Under the pieces are notes generated by a model. The model had not been told where the DNA came from. It saw only the letters and a program-made list of their open reading frames with translations, and made no database searches. Positions 1-8,990 of a stretch of 64,000 bases of DNA are shown here, piece by piece. Both the position numbers and the translations under genes were made by a program. Position 1 is the first letter of the stretch, and each line of letters starts with the position of its first letter. Source of the DNA: Promethearchaeota archaeon (lineage in GTDB: Archaea > Asgardarchaeota > Lokiarchaeia > Sigyniarchaeales > SOKP01); the NCBI GenBank assembly GCA_016839585.1, contig JAEOTZ010000003.1:27866-91865 (forward strand), read 5' to 3'.

Positions 1-2347
1 CGTCTCCTTCTCCAAAGAATCCAGAAAAATCAACAGTGCTAAGAAATGTACTAAAAGTAAGTATAGCAGAAAGTCCAGCAATACCTTTAACAATAGATTG
101 AGACCAAATACTTAAAGGTTCAATGTCTCCAGGCTGACGATATTTCTTATTTTCACGATAGTATACAACTCCAGCATCATCAAGTAAGTAATTGCCTGAA
201 ATGAAAAATGAAAAGATAACGAAAGATAAGATCATTGGTAATACACAACATAACATATACCCCATCATAAAACTAAAGAATTCAGTGCCTCCAAATACAC
301 CAAAAGTTTGAGGGTATCCAAGTAAAGTAGTTAAAGTATCATAAGAGTAAAATCCAACGGAAATTGAAAGAAGTAATGGTAAAATTAGTCTTTTAAGTTG
401 AATTATAATCCCAATATCTTTCCTTCCTTTCATATCCAAGACAATGATATCATTTTTATACCCTTTAGAAATTTTAAAGAATAAATCTCTCAATTTAACA
501 AAGATATAAGCAAACTGAGGAGCAAATCGATTGTAGAGAGCAGCGGTTAACGGCAACGTACCATACCATGTAATAATAACAACTAGGAATGCTATAACAA
601 TATTAGTATTATTAGTACCCATTATTAGTGTATTATTGAAGATATTCATCATAATTAAAAATAGAATGAATGTTAAAGTCATTAAGCCAATCGCTAATCC
701 ATTTACAGCTACAGTGAGTTTATGTTCTTTAACACTTTTACGCTGATAATTTAATCTTCTTCCGAATAAGATAATAATTATTATTCCAGCAACTAATAAT
801 ATTACAAGTAAGATAAACAACGGTAATCCGAGAGGAAATGCTGGTGATAACCATAATCCCACTGGTTTCTGGGTAGAAAGAGCTATAACTCTATCATCTC
901 CTGAAATAGCAAAATCTTTTTTACCATCACCATCAAAATCGCTTATGGTGATTATTGATTGTGCATAATATTCAGTATTTAAAATAGCATATTTTTTTCC
1001 GGAAATAGGATTCAAAATTGTATAGCGCCGTACTTCACTAAATGATAACATAGGTTCATATCTTTCATGATAAATTATCTCATCAATTGAGTCACCATTA
1101 AGATCTTCATTTAATACATAAATTTCAAATTCATCACTATATCCATGACTTATTTTTTCCCGTATCAGATGTTCAGTAATTAAATCAAAACTATATAATC
1201 GGAAATATGTATTTTGGTCTTCAGGACCAGACGAATATTTAACATCTAATAAAAAGTAGAATTCACCATCTCCTTCAAGGCTATGAATTTCTTCTAAATA
1301 AATATCATTATAATTTGGATCTATTGTAAATTGTCCTAAAATAGCACCATTTAAACTTCTTCTTACAGTTAATAATCCATCACCAGAAGATAATAATATG
1401 TCTGCAAAATTGTCTAAATCTACGTCTTCAATAATTTCATAGCCTCCAAGATAGTCAGGTAAAGTTATATTATATATTGGATCAAGAAAATTAGATTTAC
1501 TCGTGTTAAACAAAATAAGAGATAAATCGTCAATATATAATACATAAGACTGACCATTATATTCTAATAATTCAAGTGCTGGGAATGGGGATTCTCGCCA
1601 AATTGTCTCATTGAATACAGGAAAACTATTAGTTTTAGTTCCATTGATAAAATAACTAGTAAGATTACAGTCATAATAAATATCAGTATGATTCTCTGAA
1701 GGATTATACACTTCAAGTTCTTCACACTCTATTATAATTAGATCTTCATAGTTATCATCAGGCACTTCATCAATGCTAACTAAATCTTTTATATAATAAT
1801 TTGTGAAACTGAACTCGTATCCAGATAAATCATCTCCGGTATTTCCATCAATGATATGATTAGTATACTGATTCAGAAGAACTTCTGGTTCAGCATAACC
1901 GTCTCGATATGTCCAATTAGGAGATATTGAAGCTTTACTTATAAAATAATCCACAACTCCATCACCATCACCATCCATTATTGGAAATACATTTTTCACA
2001 GGTCCATTATACTCTCTTTCCCATAATAGATTCCCATTTGATCCTTCCAAGCAGAAAATACCACCATATTGATGTGTCGAATATTGCTCTGGACGATCAG
2101 TTCCGCGAATATCAGCATAACTGATGATATCATAATGACCATTTCCATTTACATCTTCTGTTTCGAAAGAGTTTAACTCTATTGGATATTGGTCCCTAAT
2201 TTCTTCCCAGGCCCATCCTGGGTGTAATTCCATTTGGGTAAGAAATACAATACCTAAAACTCCGAATATTATGAAAGAAACTGCTAAAAGTACTAAATTT
2301 ATTGGGCGCGAGTCATTTTCTTTTCCTTTATTTCTTTGAAACTTCAT
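1..2347 (-). CDS. FG-GAP/VCBS-type beta-propeller membrane protein with C-terminal polytopic membrane domain (3' end runs off the window)
   Basis: ATG at 2347. Partial manual translation shows an N-terminal TM, six Dx(D/N)xDG-like loops (DVNGNGHYD, DGDGDGVVD, DEVPDDNYED, DVDLDNFAD, DLNGDSIDE, DFDGDGKKD), then several hydrophobic helices. Absent from the ORF track, consistent with no stop before the window edge. Confidence 0.8.
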   Translation of the reverse strand, partial: MKFQRNKGKENDSRPINLVLLAVSFIIFGVLGIVFLTQMELHPGWAWEEIRDQYPIELNSFETEDVNGNGHYDIISYADIRGTDRPEQYSTHQYGGIFCLEGSNGNLLWEREYNGPVKNVFPIMDGDGDGVVDYFISKASISPNWTYRDGYAEPEVLLNQYTNHIIDGNTGDDLSGYEFSFTNYYIKDLVSIDEVPDDNYEDLIIIECEELEVYNPSENHTDIYYDCNLTSYFINGTKTNSFPVFNETIWRESPFPALELLEYNGQSYVLYIDDLSLILFNTSKSNFLDPIYNITLPDYLGGYEIIEDVDLDNFADILLSSGDGLLTVRRSLNGAILGQFTIDPNYNDIYLEEIHSLEGDGEFYFLLDVKYSSGPEDQNTYFRLYSFDLITEHLIREKISHGYSDEFEIYVLNEDLNGDSIDEIIYHERYEPMLSFSEVRRYTILNPISGKKYAILNTEYYAQSIITISDFDGDGKKDFAISGDDRVIALSTQKPVGLWLSPAFPLGLPLFILLVILLVAGIIIIILFGRRLNYQRKSVKEHKLTVAVNGLAIGLMTLTFILFLIMMNIFNNTLIMGTNNTNIVIAFLVVIITWYGTLPLTAALYNRFAPQFAYIFVKLRDLFFKISKGYKNDIIVLDMKGRKDIGIIIQLKRLILPLLLSISVGFYSYDTLTTLLGYPQTFGVFGGTEFFSFMMGYMLCCVLPMILSFVIFSFFISGNYLLDDAGVVYYRENKKYRQPGDIEPLSIWSQSIVKGIAGLSAILTFSTFLSTVDFSGFFGEGD

Positions 2348-2490
2348 GTAAATCAAATATTTTTTATTTATATTCTTATAACATAAAATTAAATTTTAAG
2401 CTATAAAATCTTTAAGAAAAAGGTATTATTTATAATTTTATTATTACTGAAAAATTAATCTAAAAACAATTAAAAAAGAAAAAAAATATT

Positions 2491-2578
2491 ATTAAATGGG
2501 GTGCTTTAGAGTTAATATTATGCATTTAAGCTCTCGTTGAAATGAGTAATACTTAAATCTAAGCGCTCCACATTTAAT
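2491..2578 (-). other. Long imperfect stem-loop in the 3' region of hsp20, followed by a U-rich tract
   Basis: Nested complementary arms ATTAAATG/CATTTAAT, TAGA/TCTA, TTAA/TTAA, TATTA/TAATA, CATTT/AAATG. C-GAGA-G loop on the minus strand. Confidence 0.6.
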
Positions 2579-2592
2579 TCCTTAGTTTATAC

Positions 2593-3075
2593 TTAATTTT
2601 CATTAACATCTATTTTTTTAGCTGTTTTCTTTCCCATGGTTATCTTTAAGAGACCATTTGCCATTTTTGAAACGATTGTATCTGGATCTGCTCCAACTGG
2701 CAAGGGGATATCCATATTCACTTCAATGAATGTAAAACCCTTCCCAAAAAATGGAAGACAACAAACATCACTGGAAGCTTCTTCTTCTGGCTTTTCTTTC
2801 ACTTTCTCCGATTCAGAAATCTGAGGTTTTGCTGCTTTAATATTTAAGTGCTTGTTGATTAGAGAAACTGTAACATCCTCTTTTATGCGCCCAGCTAATG
2901 GTACTGTAATTAAATAACTATTACCGAGATCTTCGATATTGTAAGGAATATATCTCCCCAAAAAACCTCTCATAAAATTTCCAGCCATCTTTTTCATTTT
3001 TGCAACATCTTGATGTCCAAATGGGAAACACCATGCTTTAGTTCTTAGTCCATGATGGGAACTTTCATGACACAT
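2593..3075 (-). CDS. Hsp20/alpha-crystallin small heat-shock protein
   Basis: Alpha-crystallin pattern (YNIEDLGNSYLITVPLAG...ANGLLKITMGK) and a C-terminal I-D-V motif. Confidence 0.85.
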   Translation of the reverse strand: MCHESSHHGLRTKAWCFPFGHQDVAKMKKMAGNFMRGFLGRYIPYNIEDLGNSYLITVPLAGRIKEDVTVSLINKHLNIKAAKPQISESEKVKEKPEEEASSDVCCLPFFGKGFTFIEVNMDIPLPVGADPDTIVSKMANGLLKITMGKKTAKKIDVNEN

Positions 3076-3134
3076 AGATTTTTTTCCTCCTTTATTTAAT
3101 TTTTTATTAGATAATTAGTTCAAGTTAAAATTAG

Positions 3135-3779
3135 TTAGATTACGTAATCGTCGTCATCATATATCTCTAAAGGTTGTTTTCTCAGTTTTCTTTCCTCTTT
3201 GACTTTTTTTAGTAATGAATTGTATCTCTCTAAATTATTATTTATTCGTTCAAGTCGTTTTTCATGTTTTTCCTGACTGATTTTTAAACGATTTATGATA
3301 CTTTTTATTCTTTCGATGTTCATTTTTGAGATATCATCTATATCGATTTTCTCATCCATAGGAGAATCATGAAAGGGAAAACAGCAAAACGCATTACTAA
3401 CATTTTCTTCAAACCGGGGTATAGCCTTAATAATTGTCTGTAAGAAATCTCCTAAAGAATTAATACTGAGTTTAAAGTTATTTTTTAAAGCAATCCTTAA
3501 TTCGTTGACCCCATTCTCTGTAATATAGTAAATCTTTTTAAGACGATTAGTTTCAGTGATTTCTTCAATCTTAACAAATTCATGTTTTGCAAGTTTATTC
3601 AATAGAGGATAAATGGTTCCAGCAGAGCCTCTCCAGAGCCCTCTGAAATTTCTATTAATTCTCTGAATAATATCATATCCAGTAATACCAGGGCTACTTT
3701 TAATTATTGACAGTACTAATATATCTAAACCTGACAATGTATCAGTATGATATCCACTAAAACGTTTTCCAAAAAAAAT
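3135..3779 (-). CDS. PadR-family transcriptional regulator (start probably ATT 3779; ORF track uses TTG 3737)
   Basis: TGYDIIQRI...SAGTIYPLLNKL...KKIYYITENG winged-helix signature and a C-terminal coiled coil. GGTGA lies 7 nt before an in-frame ATT. Confidence 0.85.
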   Translation of the reverse strand: MFFGKRFSGYHTDTLSGLDILVLSIIKSSPGITGYDIIQRINRNFRGLWRGSAGTIYPLLNKLAKHEFVKIEEITETNRLKKIYYITENGVNELRIALKNNFKLSINSLGDFLQTIIKAIPRFEENVSNAFCCFPFHDSPMDEKIDIDDISKMNIERIKSIINRLKISQEKHEKRLERINNNLERYNSLLKKVKEERKLRKQPLEIYDDDDYVI

Positions 3780-3814
3780 TCTAACTTCACCAATTTTTTT
3801 AGTTTTTTTTTGAT

Positions 3815-3884
3815 ATATATCTTAAATCGAATACCAATAGAATATAAAAAGAACACCTATTTAAATATATCGGAAATCGAATAC
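3815..3884. promoter_or_regulatory. Two 20-bp near-identical boxes upstream of padR (candidate operators) flanking a TATA-like element
   Basis: ATATATCTTAAATCGAATAC (3815-3834) and ATATATCGGAAATCGAATAC (3865-3884). TTTTTATA lies between them on the minus strand. Confidence 0.55.
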
Positions 3885-4035
3885 TAAAAAGTAATCTAAA
3901 ATAAATATAACTTGGGAATGTTCCTACCTATAATGATGGAGAAGAGATTAAAAATAATTTGGATTTTATTAAAATAAATTTAAAAAGAATGATTATATGA
4001 ATTAAATAATTTTAAAAATCAAAGGTTTAAATAAA

Positions 4036-4767
4036 ATGGCAGTAGAATTAACAGAATTAGAAATTTTTCAAGGAGGTTTGACTTTAGCTTCAGTAATTAT
4101 CTCTACAATTTTAGGCCTAATTATAGCACTTAAATATAAAAAGTATAAAAAAGTTGAATTATTATTAGTTGGAATTACTTGGATATTATTAGCAAGTCCT
4201 TACTGGTCTGATGCTACACAATTTATAATTATTATGATTTTTGGAAAAGAATTGAATTCACCTTTATATTTCTTTTTAGCTAATGCTTTTATTGCTCCAA
4301 TACATATAACTTGGACTTTAGCGTTCACAAATTTTCTCTATAAAAGGCAGCAAAAAAAACTTATGACCTTTTTTGGATGTGAAGCAGCTTTATTTGAAAT
4401 TGCATTTTTAGCAGTCTTTTTTCTCGATCCCTATTTAATTGGTGATCAAAAAAGTGCTTTTGTGGTAGAATGGGCGATTTGGGTCCAGATTTATCTATTA
4501 TTTTCAATAGCTCTATTCTTAGTAACTGGATTCTTATTTGCGAGAGCAAGTCTTAAATCAGAAGGTCCTGAACTTAAATTAAAAGGTAAATTTTTGTTAA
4601 TTGCCTTCATAACTTTCACATTTGGCACAGTAATTGATGTCATTGGAGCAGAAAATCCTACAGAACTTACAATACTTTTCGCTAGAACATTTGTGATCAT
4701 TAGTTCTCTCTGTTTCTATATTGGATTTACACTGCCTAGATTCATAAAGGATCTATTTATAAGATAA
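4036..4767 (+). CDS. 7-TM integral membrane protein of unknown function
   Basis: Seven hydrophobic segments with basic cytoplasmic loops and no soluble output domain. Confidence 0.75.
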   Translation: MAVELTELEIFQGGLTLASVIISTILGLIIALKYKKYKKVELLLVGITWILLASPYWSDATQFIIIMIFGKELNSPLYFFLANAFIAPIHITWTLAFTNFLYKRQQKKLMTFFGCEAALFEIAFLAVFFLDPYLIGDQKSAFVVEWAIWVQIYLLFSIALFLVTGFLFARASLKSEGPELKLKGKFLLIAFITFTFGTVIDVIGAENPTELTILFARTFVIISSLCFYIGFTLPRFIKDLFIR

Positions 4768-4782
4768 ATGTTAGGTTTAAAA

Positions 4783-5982
4783 TTAAAGAGGTGCTTCTGC
4801 TTTTTCTAAAAGTAATTGGAGTATTGCGGGATAAAACTCTGTAAGAAGCTCAAGATCTAATACGAAACTGCTGCCACGATTGAACATCACTATTATTCCA
4901 TAAGTACCTTGTTCACTTTCCTCCATATACATACTGGAAAGGAACCCTGGTGTTGCTCCATCATGTCCTTGAATTCCATCGATAACGAACCACCCTAATC
5001 CATAACCAGCTGGCTCAGCTCCAGGGATTAATACATGTTTTTCATGCATTAATTCAACTTTTTCAGGAGTAAGTAATTGAAATCCCTTATATTCACCTTG
5101 GTTCATGTGAGCAATCAAATACTTTGCTAAATCTGGCACTGTACTTCTTAATGAACCTGCTCCATTTAGGCTTAAATTATAAAAGGGTATAGCAAAATTA
5201 ATCTCATTTATCCTTTCATAAGGAATTGCGTTCATTCCACCAAAATCTAGGTAATTGTATCCACTATTTGTCATATTTAATGGATCAAGGATGTTTTCTT
5301 GAACATATTCTACTATTGATTGATTTGTAACTTGCTCAACTAAGTAGCCAAGCAACTCAAAACCCGCATTAGAGTAAAAAAACTCTGTTCCTGGTTCTAA
5401 AGCCCAATTGGTTGGATGATAATACAATCCAGATGGATTTAGACTACCATTTAGAAACTCTTCTAAGGAGGGTTTAGGATCCCAATAAATGTAACTTGTA
5501 CCAAAAAATGTATTTATCCATTGAATCAATTCTTTATCAAAATAATAACTCATAGCGTAATAGAAATCCTTTGTTAAACCTGTTGTATGAGTTAAAAGCA
5601 TGTTAATCGTTATCGGAGTGCTTGGATAATCCGGATGCCTTACATCAAATGGTAGATAATCATTTATATCGCCATTCAAATTTATTAAATTACTTTCATT
5701 GAGTTGAAGTAAACTAGTTGCGGTGAATGTTTTAGTGATAGATCCAATCATATAAACAGTATCTAAATCAGATTGATCACCAAATCCATTAGCCCAAATA
5801 AGGCTTTCATTAATAGCAATCCCAGCGGCTAGTGATGGGATATCATATTTTACCATCAAATCTCGAATCTTTGACTCAAAAGACTTTTTAGAAGGAAGGA
5901 AAATTATAAAAGAAGCAATTCCCGCTCCAACAACAGTAATTACCAAAATTAAAGCAATTATATACTTTTTGTTAACTTTCAT
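4783..5982 (-). CDS. Serine hydrolase, beta-lactamase/AmpC-like family, N-terminally membrane-anchored
   Basis: SxxK (GSITKT), LLTHTTG, YSN and HDG motifs. Confidence 0.9.
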   Translation of the reverse strand: MKVNKKYIIALILVITVVGAGIASFIIFLPSKKSFESKIRDLMVKYDIPSLAAGIAINESLIWANGFGDQSDLDTVYMIGSITKTFTATSLLQLNESNLINLNGDINDYLPFDVRHPDYPSTPITINMLLTHTTGLTKDFYYAMSYYFDKELIQWINTFFGTSYIYWDPKPSLEEFLNGSLNPSGLYYHPTNWALEPGTEFFYSNAGFELLGYLVEQVTNQSIVEYVQENILDPLNMTNSGYNYLDFGGMNAIPYERINEINFAIPFYNLSLNGAGSLRSTVPDLAKYLIAHMNQGEYKGFQLLTPEKVELMHEKHVLIPGAEPAGYGLGWFVIDGIQGHDGATPGFLSSMYMEESEQGTYGIIVMFNRGSSFVLDLELLTEFYPAILQLLLEKAEAPL

Positions 5983-6271
5983 TATACTCTATTTTTCTAA
6001 ATTTTTTATTGAATTTGAATCCTTTTCAAGAAGTTCAATATATTAAAGATTCATTTAATAAATAAAATTTTTTTTATTGAATATCTGCTATAAGTTTTTT
6101 TTACAGCAATAAATATTCAATAATTTCAAGAATAATTTTTATATTATAATGAATTTAACCAATCTATTAATTTTAAAAAACCTGTACTTTAAGATTATAA
6201 GTAATTTAAAAGAGGACTATTCAAATTTTAGTACATAAGTTAAAGAAATAAAATCATATCTATAGATTATT

Positions 6272-7441
6272 ATGGTTAATGAAGCACGAATTAAAAAAAA
6301 TCTCAAAAATCTTGCTTTTCCTCGATTATCTGGAACGGAATTTGAACTTAAAGCTTTTAATAAGGTAATGGAAGAAGTAGAGAATTTGAATTTGGAATTT
6401 GAAATCCAGCCTTTTACTTTTAGTTCGTTTTATTCGAGGATATATCCAAAAATAGCATTTTTATCTGGGTCGTTAATTTTATTATTATTTTACTTGAACA
6501 TAATTATGATGATATCTTTTGTTTTGATACTTATCTTATTTTGTATAGTGATGGCCTCTCTAATATTGACGAGAAAACCCGAAAAAATTCAATTCATTAA
6601 AAAATTTAATTCACAAAACCTCTTAGTAAAGATTAACTCTAAATCAAATGAAAAGGATAATAATGACAGAATAGTAATGTTTATGAGTCATTTGGATTCC
6701 AAAGGACAAAGATTCACGATTAATACTCGGATAAGAATGATTAAACTTTGGATCTCCTCATCAACTTTTTTGGCTGTTGTTATAATCTATAAATTATTTA
6801 TCTCTATGGAATTTGAAATAATCTTTTATGTTATCGGGCTGTTTCCTTTAATAATAAATATGTATGCCACCATAATAATACTTCTTAACACCACAGATAA
6901 TAGTTCTGTTGGTGCTGTTGATAATGCTTCAGGTATAGTGTGTAATTTAGAACTTTTAAACTATTTTAGTATTCCTAAAAACAGATTAACAAATTATAAC
7001 ATGTGGTTTCTTTTTACTGGAGCTGAAGAATGCGGAACAATGGGTATTAGGCATTTTTATAATAATTTGGAAAACTTAGATTTTAATAAATCGATAATAT
7101 TTAATTTTGAATCTATAGCTAATCATGTATATCTATTTCCGGGAGAAAATGATGTGGATCACATCAAGGAGGTAGATCATTTGCTATTGAATAATAACAG
7201 AAATCTTCAGATCAGCCATTATATTACAAGTAGAGTTCTCGGCACTCATTCCGATGGGGGTTTTTTGGGAGACAAGGGTCTACAAGGGTGGGGGGTGGGG
7301 GAGGTTGAAGCATATGCTTATATGCATACTCCCAATGATACAATCGATAAAATTGATACTAAGGTTTTAAAGAATCTGTGTTTGGTTCTTATTGATACTT
7401 TAAAAGAGCATGATTCTAATTTTACTAAAAATAAAAAATAA
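6272..7441 (+). CDS. M28-family metallopeptidase with embedded TM helices
   Basis: SHLDSK, GAVDNASG, GAEECG, HSD and YMHT..DT motifs, plus two pairs of hydrophobic segments. Confidence 0.85.
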   Translation: MVNEARIKKNLKNLAFPRLSGTEFELKAFNKVMEEVENLNLEFEIQPFTFSSFYSRIYPKIAFLSGSLILLLFYLNIIMMISFVLILILFCIVMASLILTRKPEKIQFIKKFNSQNLLVKINSKSNEKDNNDRIVMFMSHLDSKGQRFTINTRIRMIKLWISSSTFLAVVIIYKLFISMEFEIIFYVIGLFPLIINMYATIIILLNTTDNSSVGAVDNASGIVCNLELLNYFSIPKNRLTNYNMWFLFTGAEECGTMGIRHFYNNLENLDFNKSIIFNFESIANHVYLFPGENDVDHIKEVDHLLLNNNRNLQISHYITSRVLGTHSDGGFLGDKGLQGWGVGEVEAYAYMHTPNDTIDKIDTKVLKNLCLVLIDTLKEHDSNFTKNKK

Positions 7442-7465
7442 GATTTTAAAATCAATGCGTTTTAG

Positions 7466-7915
7466 TTAAACTTCGCCAAAATAAGAATATAGAATATATA
7501 TTAGAAAAGCTATTATCGAGATAAAAAATATCCATAGGCTAAATACAGAGAAGAATTCAAATAATAGATTATTGGTTAAGTTTGGTTCTCCGAACATCAA
7601 GACAATTATAATGGACGCTATTGCAGAGATTAAGAATTGAGTTATCAGAGATTTTATAAGCTTAGGATATTCATCTAATTTTTTATTTTTAATTATATCG
7701 CTTAAAGAAACATAAAGTTGTAATGTCGGAAAAAACATTAAGGCAAACGGAACAAGAGACAAAAGATTTGAGAAGTATACAATCCATATGAATTCCGCAT
7801 TTAAATTAATAATGCTGAATATTAAAGCAGAAATTCCGTAAATGATCGCAATCATCCAGACTGCCAACAAAATATAAGATATTTGATTTAAGGATATCAT
7901 ATTATTTTTATTCAT
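7466..7915 (-). CDS. Hypothetical 4-TM membrane protein
   Basis: 149-aa hydrophobic ORF that fills the intergenic space. Confidence 0.6.
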   Translation of the reverse strand: MNKNNMISLNQISYILLAVWMIAIIYGISALIFSIINLNAEFIWIVYFSNLLSLVPFALMFFPTLQLYVSLSDIIKNKKLDEYPKLIKSLITQFLISAIASIIIVLMFGEPNLTNNLLFEFFSVFSLWIFFISIIAFLIYILYSYFGEV

Positions 7916-8014
7916 GATCTATGAAATGAAAAAATAAATCAAATATATATAAATATCTATCGTAATTCTCAGATTATAAATATTTTACTAATCATTAAAA
8001 TGAAGGAGTTTTGA

Positions 8015-8806
8015 ATGAAAATGAATAAAAAATTAGATAATATTAAGGGAATATTATCCGATATTGATGGAACTCTCTACTTTAAAGGGGCTCCAATTTC
8101 AGGAGCCATAGCTGCCATTAATAATTTACGCGATCTAGGTATAAAATTGCTATTTTTCACAAATACAGATAGCAAATCTCCTAAAACAGTTTTAAAAATA
8201 TTACAAGATTATGGATTTACCATATATGAAGAAGAGATTTATACGCCAATTATTGCTCTAAAAGAATTTTTATCTAATTATCCAAATAAAAAATCTTATT
8301 TTGTCACAACTCGAGAAGTTGAGCAGGAATTCCAAAACTTTCCTCAAGTTGAAGGTGTTAAAGTTCCTGATTTCGTAATTTTAGGAGATTTTCATGATAA
8401 TTGGGATGTTCACAGAATTAATGAAGCATTTAAATATGTATTTAAGGGTGCTAGACTTCTTGGAACACAAGGTAATAAATATTATCTCGATCGCAATGGT
8501 GAACCAATTATCGATACTGGTTCATTTGTACAAATGATTGCAAGTGCTGCAAATATTACTCCTAAAATATTTGGAAAACCTTCAAAGGAATATTTTTTAC
8601 AAGCTTTAGAAAAAATCAATCTTTCTGCAAATGAGGTTTTTGTCATTGGTGATGATATTGAATCTGACATCCAAGGAGCAATTAATGCCGGTATTAAAGG
8701 TATATTAGTAAAAACTGGAAAGGGACAATTCTATGACACAAATAAAACACAAATTAAGCCATTTATGATTATTGAATCATTTAATTCTATATTAGAACTC
8801 CTTTAA
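8015..8806 (+). CDS. HAD-superfamily subfamily IIA hydrolase (LHPP/HDHD2/NagD-like)
   Basis: DIDGTLY, FTN, FGKPS, IGDDIESDI and LVKTGK motifs. Confidence 0.9.
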   Translation: MKMNKKLDNIKGILSDIDGTLYFKGAPISGAIAAINNLRDLGIKLLFFTNTDSKSPKTVLKILQDYGFTIYEEEIYTPIIALKEFLSNYPNKKSYFVTTREVEQEFQNFPQVEGVKVPDFVILGDFHDNWDVHRINEAFKYVFKGARLLGTQGNKYYLDRNGEPIIDTGSFVQMIASAANITPKIFGKPSKEYFLQALEKINLSANEVFVIGDDIESDIQGAINAGIKGILVKTGKGQFYDTNKTQIKPFMIIESFNSILELL

Positions 8807-8990
8807 AATTAATTTATTTAAAAAAATTCAGCCTAATCTAGTAGAAACTATTTTTTAAGTGAAATTTTTACACTTTTCTTCAAATTCGAAATCATAATTG
8901 ATTCCTTGTTATAATCAAAACATTTATATATTGTTTAATGCGTATGTCTCATAAATAATATAATTTAAAACAAAATGGGAAGTATTATCC

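Noticed and set aside
4036-4767. Microbial rhodopsin
   Set aside because: There is no retinal-binding Lys motif in TM7 and no helix-C RY.DW-type motif.
4783-5982. Antibiotic-resistance beta-lactamase
   Set aside because: The motifs identify only the broad serine-hydrolase family, which is mostly esterases and peptidases.
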